The notes below the pieces were generated by a model. It was not told where the DNA came from and searched no databases. It was given only the letters and a program-made list of their open reading frames with translations. Shown piece after piece: positions 53,439-62,898 of a DNA stretch of 64,000 nucleotides. The position numbers and the translations under genes are program-made. How positions within the stretch are numbered: position 1 is the stretch's first letter; the number at the start of each line of letters is the position of its first letter. Source of the DNA: a virus (taxonomy: Duplodnaviria; Caudoviricetes); IMG/VR virus record IMGVR_UViG_3300042888_002988, positions 136,159-200,158 of that record, one strand, 5' to 3'.

Positions 53439-55181
53439 ATGTCTAAAGTATTCACGCCCGTTGTCGATGCAGATGCCGTTTATGGCGAAGGAGATTGGAG
53501 GCCGTTGCTCGGCGATGCGCCGCGCAAAGCCGACTGGAAGCTCTACATGATCGGCAAGCAGTCGATCGAGCATCGACTCAAGGGGATCATCCTCCCCGCT
53601 TATGACTGGTCGTTGTCCATCGACGACAAGGCATTCGGCGAGTCCGTTGGCTCCTGCTGGAGCTCGGTCCCCGACAAGCGTCTCGGTCGTCACTTCACGC
53701 CGAACGCATTCGCAATCCCGCTGCTCGTTTACCCCTACATGGGTGAGCGCAAGGAGCACTGGATTTCCCCAGGCAACCGCCGCAACATGATCGGCGGCTC
53801 CGATATGGATCCCGAAGACGGCTCGGACGCATTCGACGATCTCAACAAGTGGATCCGCCGCAACAAGGCGTTCAGCGACCAGAAGAAGGATTTCTTCCTC
53901 AAGGCTCCCTCCATGAAGGAGGATGCTCTTGTCCCGGGACGCACCATCCGCTACTTCTGCCTAGCTCGCTGCTACGACAAGGAGACGCCTTGGCACGATG
54001 CGGTTGTGGCCTACACGCCATCGGCCTACTCGTATATCATCGAGCAGATGCGCTGGGCTCACCAAGCACAGGACGGACCGCCACGCGATCCCAACTGGCC
54101 GCAATACATGCTCGGCGACCCGACCAGTCCGGAAGGGGCGATCGAGTGGCACGTCGACAAAGTGCAGCTTGATGCGAAGGATCAGCACGACACCAACGTG
54201 CTGGTGTTCACCGAGCGCGCGGAGTTCCTGGATGCCAACCAGAAGACCGTCAAGCTCAGCCGCGACGACCTAGCTCGCCGGTTCCGCCTGCCCGATCCGG
54301 ACAACTGGAACATCCCGACCTACGAGGAGCAGGTCGACTACATGATGAACAACTTCGACGCGGCTATCACCGCCGAGATGATCCGCGCAGCCTGCTCCTA
54401 CCGTTACCGCGGTGAAATCCCGGCTTCTCGCCCGGATCACATCATGTCGACGGCGGGAGCGCCCAAGGACAAGTCGCCCGATGAAACGGAGGACTACAGC
54501 CGCAACAGCCGCAGCCGCACCAGCCGCGAGCCTGAAGGCGATCCGATTGCTGCTGTCACCGGTGGTGGCGGTGGCGGTCGCGGTGCCCGCCTGACTCCCG
54601 ACAGCGAGCCTCCGCTTCCAACCCGCACTGCTCCTCCCCGTGAGTCAGCAGCGCCGGCCCGCACGCCAGCAGCCGCTGTCGCCGCCACTGGTGCGGTCTT
54701 CTGGGCCGGTGCTACCGGTGAGAAGCCCACCAAGATGACGGTGCCGCAGCTGCAGGAGGTGGTCGACAAAGGCCAGCACGAAGGGTTCAAGGTCATGGTG
54801 GCTCAGAACGACTGGAAGCTGCTCGCCGAGTCCGGGCTGGTTGTGATCCCTGAGCCTCCGGTCGAAGATGAAGCACCGCCGTCCGTTCCGGACGATGATG
54901 CACCGCCTTCCGTGCCGGAGGACGATGCGCCTCCGTCGGTACCAGCTGACGCACCCAAGGCTACCGCGCGTAGCGTCGATGCGCCCACGGCCGAAGGGCA
55001 GTGCACACTGGAGCAGATGAAGGAGCGCCTGTTCCCGGACACCAACAGCTACAACAGCCTGTCCTCCGAGCAGAAGAAGAAGGCGGAGGAACTCGTGGAT
55101 CGCGCCTGGAAGGGCACGAACTTCGGGGCCGAAACCGAGCTGCCGGATGATGTGGTCGACGACCTGCTCCAACTGGTCTGA
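53439..55181 (+). CDS. Hypothetical protein, possibly a single-stranded DNA-binding protein, with Pro/Ala/acidic linker
   Basis: Aromatic-rich N-domain, DAPPSVP repeated three times, acidic end; sits upstream of the RecA-like gene. The SSB call is weak. Confidence 0.4.
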   Translation: MSKVFTPVVDADAVYGEGDWRPLLGDAPRKADWKLYMIGKQSIEHRLKGIILPAYDWSLSIDDKAFGESVGSCWSSVPDKRLGRHFTPNAFAIPLLVYPYMGERKEHWISPGNRRNMIGGSDMDPEDGSDAFDDLNKWIRRNKAFSDQKKDFFLKAPSMKEDALVPGRTIRYFCLARCYDKETPWHDAVVAYTPSAYSYIIEQMRWAHQAQDGPPRDPNWPQYMLGDPTSPEGAIEWHVDKVQLDAKDQHDTNVLVFTERAEFLDANQKTVKLSRDDLARRFRLPDPDNWNIPTYEEQVDYMMNNFDAAITAEMIRAACSYRYRGEIPASRPDHIMSTAGAPKDKSPDETEDYSRNSRSRTSREPEGDPIAAVTGGGGGGRGARLTPDSEPPLPTRTAPPRESAAPARTPAAAVAATGAVFWAGATGEKPTKMTVPQLQEVVDKGQHEGFKVMVAQNDWKLLAESGLVVIPEPPVEDEAPPSVPDDDAPPSVPEDDAPPSVPADAPKATARSVDAPTAEGQCTLEQMKERLFPDTNSYNSLSSEQKKKAEELVDRAWKGTNFGAETELPDDVVDDLLQLV

Positions 55182-55199
55182 TCGACATTCGAACTGATG

Positions 55200-55240
55200 C
55201 AACGGGGGAGGCTAGTCCTCCCCCGTTGTCATTTCGCTTT
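55200..55240 (+). terminator. Terminator-like hairpin
   Basis: 12-bp stem CAACGGGGGAGG/CCTCCCCCGTTG followed by a T-rich tract. Confidence 0.65.
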
Positions 55241-55260
55241 ACCTCTCACACACTTGAATT

Positions 55261-56790
55261 ATGTCCGCGAAGAAAACTACCCCAGCCGCCAAGAAGGCCG
55301 CCCCCGTCAAGAAAGTCGCCGCCAAGAAGGCCGCCGCCCCGCGCAAACCTGCCGCGCCAAAACCAGCCGCCGCCCCCAAAGAGGAAGGCAAGAAGAAGGC
55401 CCCACCCAAGAAGGGCAAGGTCGCCGAGCCAGTGAGACTGGAAGATCCCAACAAGCTTTCACCGCTGCTGTTCAAGCCGCGCGTGTCCGCCGCCGGCAAA
55501 CCAGCGATGGTGACCGGGATGGTGGAGAACGTCCGCAAGAGCATCAGCGTTCTCAACGAGCGCTCCAAGAAGAAGCCCGTCCAACTGTTCACCCCGGCGA
55601 TGCTGCGGATGAACATCCTTCCTTACCCCGCGCTCTACTTCCAGCAGATGTTGGACTCGCTGGGCTTCCGTTATCCGTGCGCTATCGAAATCATCGCGCC
55701 GGAGCACCTGGGTAGCACCACTTTTGTGTTCGACTGGATCGGCCACCTGATCGACATGGGATGCTATGCCATCTATTGCGAGTGCGAGGGCAAGCAGATG
55801 CGCGACTCGCAGATTCTGCGCCTCATGGACCGTGACCCAAAGCTGGCGCTCCTCAAGCTCAACGCCGTCGAGTTCACCAAGGCTCGGTCAGTCGCACAGC
55901 TTGATGAGACGCTTCGCCAGACGGTGAAGGATCTCCGGAAGCGCTGCGACAGCAACCCCGAGACGAAGGGTAACCCGATCTTCTTCTTCGCCGATCCGCG
56001 CAGTGCCCTGATGTCCAAGAGCGAGGCCAAGGGCAACTCTGACTGGGGCCTGGCGGCCAACGCCAAGGCGGAAGAAGCCAAGGGCACCGACGAGGGCTCC
56101 AACTTCGAGCACGCGAAGCACGACCAGGCGATGGCCCGGTGGCTGCCGGCGTTCATGGAGGAGCACAACTGCACGGTGGTGTTCGTCAATAAGCAGAACG
56201 ACAAGATCGACATGGAGCAGAAGCGCGGCCCAGCGGCCTACGCGACCCCAAGCCCGCTCAAGAACGACACCCGCCTCGGCGGCCGTGCTCTCAAGCGGCT
56301 GTGTGGCTACCGCATCACGATGCTGAAGCTGAACGACATTCGCGATAAGAAGGGCGACAAGAAGGAATACGGTCACCACATCCGCCTGATGCTGATCAAG
56401 AACTCCTTCGGTCCCCGGGCGCGCACTTGCGACGCTTCGATCTACCACGACCAATACCAGGATCGTGAGGACTACCAGGCGCCGGCGTTCTCGTTCGCGG
56501 ATCGCACCGCGGCGTGGATGGCTTCGCGCAAGTTCCTCGGCACCACCGTGGAGAACGACCTATACACCTGCGACGCGGTAGGCTGCGTGGCGGTGCCGCC
56601 GGAGGAGTTCATGGACGCGCTCCGTGCCAATCCGCAGCACCTGGAGTATCTCGGCGGACAGCTGGACATCGAAGGATATGCGCGCGCCGTCAAAGACTTC
56701 GCGCCGGTTGCCGACGCCGGCGACGGCGACGACCTGCTGGACGGCGACCTGGTCGACGGTGATGATGATCAACCCGATTTCGTGCCCTGA
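55261..56790 (+). CDS. RecA/UvsX-like protein with degenerate Walker A and histone H1-like N-terminal tail
   Basis: EIIAPEHLGSTT, FFFADP, VFVNKQ, GGRALK and IKNSFGP; K/A/P-rich first 55 aa. Confidence 0.8.
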   Translation: MSAKKTTPAAKKAAPVKKVAAKKAAAPRKPAAPKPAAAPKEEGKKKAPPKKGKVAEPVRLEDPNKLSPLLFKPRVSAAGKPAMVTGMVENVRKSISVLNERSKKKPVQLFTPAMLRMNILPYPALYFQQMLDSLGFRYPCAIEIIAPEHLGSTTFVFDWIGHLIDMGCYAIYCECEGKQMRDSQILRLMDRDPKLALLKLNAVEFTKARSVAQLDETLRQTVKDLRKRCDSNPETKGNPIFFFADPRSALMSKSEAKGNSDWGLAANAKAEEAKGTDEGSNFEHAKHDQAMARWLPAFMEEHNCTVVFVNKQNDKIDMEQKRGPAAYATPSPLKNDTRLGGRALKRLCGYRITMLKLNDIRDKKGDKKEYGHHIRLMLIKNSFGPRARTCDASIYHDQYQDREDYQAPAFSFADRTAAWMASRKFLGTTVENDLYTCDAVGCVAVPPEEFMDALRANPQHLEYLGGQLDIEGYARAVKDFAPVADAGDGDDLLDGDLVDGDDDQPDFVP

Positions 56791-56793
56791 GCC

Positions 56794-57252
56794 ATGCCAC
56801 CAATCCGTAAAGCTCCACCGAGTCCAATCAAAGCGTCGGAGACCGTCGTGTCGCGCATGCTGGCAAAGATGCTGGGTGTGCCGGCGTTCGAGAACCTGCA
56901 GGAAGTCTGCGATGCGTTTTGCGAAAGCGGCCCCACTGACGCCATGCTGTCCGTAATGATCAGCCGCATCCACGGGGTATACCCGTGGATGTCGGACGTG
57001 GCCACCGAGGTCATGAGCACTGGTTCTACGCCGTTGGCGGAGCACCTATTGTCCATGCCTGGGACGCTGTATGTTGCCAAGGACAGCATCAGGGCCGGTC
57101 CAGATTCCATCTGGCTGGTCGTGGCTGATCCGCCGCAGGAGATCACGTTTGCCATCCAGCGTATGGAGTGCCGAGGACTTTTCCATACATTCAAAATAGG
57201 CAACGCGCGCTCCATGCTGCTCGCTGTCCAACTCGCATCATGCAAACCTTGA
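56794..57252 (+). CDS. Hypothetical protein
   Basis: Clean ORF between the RecA-like gene and RecQ. Confidence 0.55.
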   Translation: MPPIRKAPPSPIKASETVVSRMLAKMLGVPAFENLQEVCDAFCESGPTDAMLSVMISRIHGVYPWMSDVATEVMSTGSTPLAEHLLSMPGTLYVAKDSIRAGPDSIWLVVADPPQEITFAIQRMECRGLFHTFKIGNARSMLLAVQLASCKP

Positions 57253-57260
57253 CCCAAACC

Positions 57261-58961
57261 ATGAAACAACCTCCCGCAGACATTGTCATCGCTAACCGCC
57301 CGGCTTCTACTACAACGGACGCCATGCAGGCGCTGATGCAAGGGATGCGGAAACTACCGGGCGTTCTGAACGGGCTCGGGTTCGAAGGGCTCCGCGAGGG
57401 GCAGGACCGCGCCGTGAAGTCTATCATGGCGCAACGTGACACCGTGGTCATCCTCCCCACCGCCACCGGTAAGTCGGCATGCTTCGTCGTGCCGACCCTG
57501 TGTATGGGGTGGAGGACCATCGTCATCTACCCGCTGATCGCGCTGATGCGTGACCAGGCCACGTCCATGCAGCGCAAGGGGCTCGCGGCGGCATCCATTT
57601 CCAGTCAGGAGACGGAGGCGCACAATGCCTCAGTGCTGCGGGACTGGGCGTCCGGTGAGCTGCAGTTCATGCTGGTCAGTCCGGAACGCTTCTCGAATGA
57701 GGAGTGGGCGAATGTGGTGACGCAGTTCCCTCCGGACTTCGTGGCGATGGACGAGGCTCACACCTTCCACGAGTGGGCGGACACGTTCCGCCCGGGCTAC
57801 AAGTTCGCCGGTGAGTTCATCCAGAAGGTGCAGCCGAAGGTGGTCGCTGCTTTCTCGGCGACGCTGTCTGAAGAGGCGGAGGCCGAGGTGAGGTCCGGGT
57901 TGGGCATCGTCGGCGCGAAGCTGATCTACCACTACCCGCGCCGGCAGAACCTGCACCTCAGTTCGCTGTTCCTCGATCGGATGTCGGAAGCGCCGCCGTG
58001 GGTGGTCAACAACTGCGACGGCCCGACGATCATCTACGCCTCGACGCGCAAGCGAGTAGAGGAATACGCCGCGACGCTCTGTCGCTACACCAGCCGCAAC
58101 GTGTTCTTCTACCACGGCGGCATGCAGCAGAAGGAGAGGCGTTTCAACCAAGACAAGTTCATGGCGGACCCAGACGGTCTGATCGTCGCCACCAATGCTT
58201 TCGGCATGGGTGTGGACAAATCAGACATCCGCAACGTCGTCCACTTCGATGTCCCCGGGACCTTGGTGGCGCTGGCCCAAGAAGTCGGACGAGCCGGCCG
58301 TGACGGTAATGATTCGTTCTGCACGATCATCCCGACCCCCGAGGGTATCCGCACGCGCAAGCATTTCATCCGTTGCGGCAACCCCACGCCGGACGACATC
58401 AAGGCGTTCTTCAGGGCAGCCGCGAAGATGCGCGAGGGCGCAGGCGGTGCCATCATGGCCACGCGGGACGAGATCTGTCGCCACGCCTCGATCGATCCGT
58501 TCGCCTCCCAGGCGATCATGTCGTTCTGCCTGGGTGAGCGCATCTTCACGCACGACACGGAGGCCGCTCGCCAGCACCGCATCCGGTTCGAGGAGATCAT
58601 CCCATCGCTGACCACCAAGGAGGCAGAGACGCGTAATGCGATCTACGACGTGGGGATTGATGTGAAGGGCTGGTGGCAGTTCGATGTCGAGGCGCTGGCC
58701 GAGCAGTGCGACGTGGAGGTCACAGCGGTCATGGCCCGCCTCCGTAAGATGCACGACAAGGGCGCGCTCGAGTGGGTGCGGTCGACGTCACGCAAGCCGC
58801 TGCAGATCGGGCTGCGTCCCGAGGAGATCCCCGCGGAGTCGTTCGAGCGGCTCAAGGAGAAGTCGGCCCGCGCCAACCATGACCTGGACCTGGTGCTGGC
58901 CTACACTGAAGCTGCAGACGACGAGAAACACAGTTTCTTGGAGCAGCACCTGAATCGCTGA
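57261..58961 (+). CDS. recQ: RecQ-family helicase
   Basis: LPTATGKS, DEAH, FSAT, ATNAFGMGVDKSDIR and QEVGRAGRDG. Confidence 0.93.
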   Translation: MKQPPADIVIANRPASTTTDAMQALMQGMRKLPGVLNGLGFEGLREGQDRAVKSIMAQRDTVVILPTATGKSACFVVPTLCMGWRTIVIYPLIALMRDQATSMQRKGLAAASISSQETEAHNASVLRDWASGELQFMLVSPERFSNEEWANVVTQFPPDFVAMDEAHTFHEWADTFRPGYKFAGEFIQKVQPKVVAAFSATLSEEAEAEVRSGLGIVGAKLIYHYPRRQNLHLSSLFLDRMSEAPPWVVNNCDGPTIIYASTRKRVEEYAATLCRYTSRNVFFYHGGMQQKERRFNQDKFMADPDGLIVATNAFGMGVDKSDIRNVVHFDVPGTLVALAQEVGRAGRDGNDSFCTIIPTPEGIRTRKHFIRCGNPTPDDIKAFFRAAAKMREGAGGAIMATRDEICRHASIDPFASQAIMSFCLGERIFTHDTEAARQHRIRFEEIIPSLTTKEAETRNAIYDVGIDVKGWWQFDVEALAEQCDVEVTAVMARLRKMHDKGALEWVRSTSRKPLQIGLRPEEIPAESFERLKEKSARANHDLDLVLAYTEAADDEKHSFLEQHLNR

Positions 58962-59002
58962 CGCGGATTGCAATCCGTCCCAAACTGAGGTAAAAGTTCC
59001 CC

Positions 59003-60496
59003 GTGCAAGCTACCATACCCGATCTACCAGAGCCACCTCCAGGCGTCCGCCTGCGCGACCCGGAGGACTCTGACGGTATCCGCACGGACATTGAGGACTC
59101 GGTCCTGCAGTCCATGCAGCGCTACGTGAACGGCTACGCCTACGGCGGGGTCAGGCTCGAGCTGAAGGATTTGAAATACATCGGGCAGCCGAAATACAGC
59201 AAATCCGAACAGCGCGAGGCGCTCATGAGCGACAAGATGCTGGCCCGTCGGCTGCGCGGCACGGTGCGGCTGGTCGACGAGGAGACCAACAAGGTGATCG
59301 ACGAGCGAAAGAATCTCACCCTAGCTCGCGTTCCTTACCTGACCGAGCGCGGGACTTTCATCGACAACGGCAGCGAGTTCGCGCCAGTGATGCAGTCCCG
59401 CCTCCTGCCAGGAGCCTACACCAGACGCCGGGACAACGGCGAGCTGGAGACTCACTTCAACGTGCGGCCCGGCACCGGCTCGGCTATGCGGGTATCATTC
59501 GATCCCAGCACGGCGCAGTATCGCATCAAAGTCGGCACCTCAGATCTCCACGCCTACTCGGTGTTCCGGGACCTGGGCGTAACCGACGAGGAGCTGGAGC
59601 GCCGCTGGGGTAAGGACATCCTTGAGGTCAACCGCTCCAAGTATTCCCGCCACACGCTGGACAGGCTGTATCGCAAGGCGGTGCCCAAGTGGGAGCGGGA
59701 CGAGACGCGCCCGCCCGAGGAGCGCGTCAAGGAGATCCGAGCCGCGCTGGACCGCACGCAGGTGGCCGAGTCGATCCTCAAGCAGAACCTGCCGAATCTC
59801 TACAGTCAGGAGAAGGCCGCGCATTGGCGTATGGCCGGTCGCGCGATCGAGGTCGCCGAGAATATGACGAAGGAGGCGGCGCGCAAAGCGTTCGCTCCCG
59901 ATTACTCGCCGGAGCAGATCTGGAACCAGTGGGAATCCTTCGAGCTGCCGCTGGAGAAGCGCGCCGAGTTCTCCCCGGACTTCACACCGACCGAACTCAA
60001 GGAGTCTTACAATTCGATCTACGGTCGCAAGGGTCCGCAGCTGGCATCCATGCGGCAGTGGCCGGCGCACTGGCTGGACGATCAGGACTCGCAGGGCTGG
60101 CTGCAGTGGTATGAGAACTACCACGCCGGCCGCCGCAGTGACACGGACGAGAGACAAATCAAGCGCTGGCACAGCTTCAAGGCTCGTCACGGTTCGCAGT
60201 TCGCGGCCAAGCCGAGCCCCCGCCGAGCGTTTGCGTTGACCAACTGGGGTGTCGATCCGCTCAAGCTGTTGCCGGCCGAGCAGGCAGAATCATTCGGCAA
60301 GGAGATGGAGGGCTACCGCCGTAAGGAGTTCGTGCGCTGGTATATGCAGCGGCATGACTTTGACGAGACCCAGAGCGCACGTCTTGCCAGCCTGGCCCGC
60401 AAGCGCGGCGCCGAACTCAAGAATGAGAAGCCAGGCCCAGGCGAGTTGATGGGACTGGCACTCGACGGCTACATCAAACCGGAGGATCTGACATGA
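59003..60496 (+). CDS. RNA polymerase beta-like N-terminal fragment fused to an extra C-terminal domain
   Basis: LARVPYLTERGTFIDNGSEFAPVMQSRLLPG matches the beta N-terminus (P.MT..GTF.ING.E...V.Q..R.PG). The C-terminal half is unrelated to beta. Confidence 0.8.
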   Translation: MQATIPDLPEPPPGVRLRDPEDSDGIRTDIEDSVLQSMQRYVNGYAYGGVRLELKDLKYIGQPKYSKSEQREALMSDKMLARRLRGTVRLVDEETNKVIDERKNLTLARVPYLTERGTFIDNGSEFAPVMQSRLLPGAYTRRRDNGELETHFNVRPGTGSAMRVSFDPSTAQYRIKVGTSDLHAYSVFRDLGVTDEELERRWGKDILEVNRSKYSRHTLDRLYRKAVPKWERDETRPPEERVKEIRAALDRTQVAESILKQNLPNLYSQEKAAHWRMAGRAIEVAENMTKEAARKAFAPDYSPEQIWNQWESFELPLEKRAEFSPDFTPTELKESYNSIYGRKGPQLASMRQWPAHWLDDQDSQGWLQWYENYHAGRRSDTDERQIKRWHSFKARHGSQFAAKPSPRRAFALTNWGVDPLKLLPAEQAESFGKEMEGYRRKEFVRWYMQRHDFDETQSARLASLARKRGAELKNEKPGPGELMGLALDGYIKPEDLT

Positions 60497-61155
60497 CAGC
60501 AAAACCGACTTCCCCTTCGCAGGGACACCACCGCTACCTCGCCGATGACGACGAGCATGAGACATACGCTCCGGTCGGAATCGACGGGCTGCTGGCTGCC
60601 ACCGAGAAGTTGCTGGCGGTGAACCGCGGACTGGCCGAGCCCGACGACCGTGACAGCCTGCCGAACGACCGGATCTACACGGTGGACCGGCTGATCGCTG
60701 AGCGTATCAAGCTGGACAGCGGGCGCACGCTCCGCAGCATGATGGGGCGACTGAGCCGGGCGCGAACGCTGGCGCCCATGGGGCCGGATGTGTTCGGTGA
60801 CTACACCGTCGGCTACATCAAGAGCAACCCGAACGTCCCGGCGCTCGAAGAGATCAACCTCATGCACGCGCTGGAACAGAAGCGGCGTATCACCAAGATG
60901 GGTCCCGGCGGTATCGGTGACCCGAACGCCATCACGGAAGACATGCAGTCCGTCAGCGCGTCACAGTTCGGTTTTGTGGATCCCATTGCGGGTCCAGAAA
61001 GTGAAAAAGCGGGAATCGATGTCCGTCTCGCGCATGGTGCGCGGATCGGTTCTGATGGGCGAATTTACCAGTTGCTCATCAACCGCAAGACGGGTAAGAA
61101 GACGTGGGCAAGCCCGAGCGATTTGCGCGGGAAGACCCTTAAACTACCAGACTGA
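60493..61155 (+). CDS. RNA polymerase beta-like middle (fork-loop) fragment
   Basis: EINLMHALEQKRRITKMGPGGI...QFGFVDPIAGPESEKAG matches beta NPL..L.HKRR.SALGPGG...YGR.CPIETPEG...G. Confidence 0.88.
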   Translation: MTAKPTSPSQGHHRYLADDDEHETYAPVGIDGLLAATEKLLAVNRGLAEPDDRDSLPNDRIYTVDRLIAERIKLDSGRTLRSMMGRLSRARTLAPMGPDVFGDYTVGYIKSNPNVPALEEINLMHALEQKRRITKMGPGGIGDPNAITEDMQSVSASQFGFVDPIAGPESEKAGIDVRLAHGARIGSDGRIYQLLINRKTGKKTWASPSDLRGKTLKLPD

Positions 61156-61161
61156 AATATC

Positions 61162-61353
61162 ATGAGCCAACAAACCGCACAGCCCACCCAGGAGCAAATC
61201 CGCGCCGCACGTCGTGACGGCTTCAGGACCACCGTCGGACACATGCCGGCCGCTCGTCAGAAGAGGTTCGTCGACAGCCACGCGCAGCAGGATGCGAACC
61301 GCGAGAAGAACGTCTCGGGATTCTACAAGACAGTGCTAGGCGACCGTAAGTAA
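61162..61353 (+). CDS. Small hypothetical protein
   Basis: Coupled ORF. Confidence 0.5.
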   Translation: MSQQTAQPTQEQIRAARRDGFRTTVGHMPAARQKRFVDSHAQQDANREKNVSGFYKTVLGDRK

Positions 61354-62093
61354 TGTTGCAGGAGCCGCCATCAAGGGCTGGCTCTGCGCACATTGCTGAC
61401 GATGACACGCTGCTGCCGACAGAGTCAACCGCGAGGCTGATTCACTACCTGCGGGCATACGCCAGCAAGCAGTCGAATCAGGCGGAGGCCGTGCGTCATT
61501 TGTTGCGGTGCTCCGAGCGCACAGCGAACAGGATGCTGTCACCCACCAAGCGCTATAAATCGCGCATCAAGGTGGCGTGGGCCGTGCAGATATGCACAGC
61601 TGCGGGTAAGACATTGGATGATGTTTTACCGATGGGCGTGTCTAAGAGCTGCGAGCAAGCGTTGACCGGCTGGATCTCGGCTATCAACTTATCCGAGGAG
61701 TTCCAGCAGGCGTCGGACTGCGCTCAGGCCATATGCCTATTGGCGTATCACGAATTCAAACTGCACGGATGGTTTGCTGTAAAATTTGGTCACGGACACG
61801 TCGCGAGAGCGGAAGTCAACTTGTCGCCATGCCCTGAGCTGGCAAGCTTGAAAACGAAGGAGGCGCTGAAGTATCAACTGCACCAGCTGATTATTAACGC
61901 GGACGCGGACACGGACGGACGCAGGCGTATGACCATACGCCACCACCACCCCACCGAAGGAGGATCTGACAAGCTACCGCTGACGTTCCGTAAAGTTGAA
62001 TACCTAATCAAACACATCAATGCACTCACGAAGAACCACACCGCCGACCTCAAACGAGAGATCGCTAGGCTTCAGGCCGCCCAACCCGGATGA
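61353..62093 (+). CDS. Putative HTH (XRE-like) DNA-binding protein
   Basis: QAEAVRHLLRCSERTANRML. Confidence 0.55.
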   Translation: MLQEPPSRAGSAHIADDDTLLPTESTARLIHYLRAYASKQSNQAEAVRHLLRCSERTANRMLSPTKRYKSRIKVAWAVQICTAAGKTLDDVLPMGVSKSCEQALTGWISAINLSEEFQQASDCAQAICLLAYHEFKLHGWFAVKFGHGHVARAEVNLSPCPELASLKTKEALKYQLHQLIINADADTDGRRRMTIRHHHPTEGGSDKLPLTFRKVEYLIKHINALTKNHTADLKREIARLQAAQPG

Positions 62094-62106
62094 CTCCACC
62101 AAGGAG

Positions 62107-62883
62107 ATGATCAACCGCCTGCGTAGCGGCGACACCAGCGATTTACTGACCGAAGAGGATGAGGACGACATTGCCGCTGACGACGCTGCGTTGCGCCAGT
62201 TCCACCAGATCCCAGACGCTGAGGATGAGGCGGACGAAGTGACTTTTTCGGAGTCGCCAGCCACCACTGCGGCGCGCCGCATGCAACAGGCCCCCAGCCT
62301 CGAGCCGCGCCTGCCGCCGGCCCTGGCCAAGTTGATCGGCACTGAAGCCGAGCACGAGCTGATGGCGGTGGCACGGTTTCTCGACGCCCGCAACAAAAAG
62401 GGGCTGACGCTGGTGTTCCACACGCCGATCGGCGACGTGAAGTGCCCCGTGAACTGGAGCAGCACCGAGCCGTCGCAGCTGTATCGATGCAAGCACATGC
62501 TGATGATCATGGTCCGGTCGTCGGAGTCGATGTTCGTCCCGCACCCAGGATCGGATCTGGAGATCAGCTTCTGGGAACACCGCGACACACCCCGACTGCG
62601 CGTGACGTGCTTGGCGCCGCCCATGCAGCTCTATCCCGGAGTGGGTATTGACTTATTGTGCTTTTTGCCGCAGACTGAGTCCGTGGAAAAGCAAGGCGTA
62701 TTACACGATGGGGCTCCGTCGGTCGTTTCCGGACGGCCGAGCACGCACACGGAGAGCGAGACTGGCGAACCCGTAGCGGAAGGCGAGAAAAGCGCCGGCG
62801 CCAAATTCACCGGAGTTGACTGGGGCTCTACCGAGCCTGTGTTCAGCCCTCCCGTCGAGAATTTCGACAAGCCGCGCAGCTGA
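62107..62883 (+). CDS. Hypothetical protein
   Basis: AAGGAG Shine-Dalgarno sequence before ATG 62107. Confidence 0.6.
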   Translation: MINRLRSGDTSDLLTEEDEDDIAADDAALRQFHQIPDAEDEADEVTFSESPATTAARRMQQAPSLEPRLPPALAKLIGTEAEHELMAVARFLDARNKKGLTLVFHTPIGDVKCPVNWSSTEPSQLYRCKHMLMIMVRSSESMFVPHPGSDLEISFWEHRDTPRLRVTCLAPPMQLYPGVGIDLLCFLPQTESVEKQGVLHDGAPSVVSGRPSTHTESETGEPVAEGEKSAGAKFTGVDWGSTEPVFSPPVENFDKPRS

Positions 62884-62898
62884 TAAGCACTCTGTCCT

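Noticed and set aside
60490-60496. Programmed frameshift or intein joining the two RNAP fragments
   Set aside because: This is an ordinary ATGA coupling with no slippery site or intein blocks.
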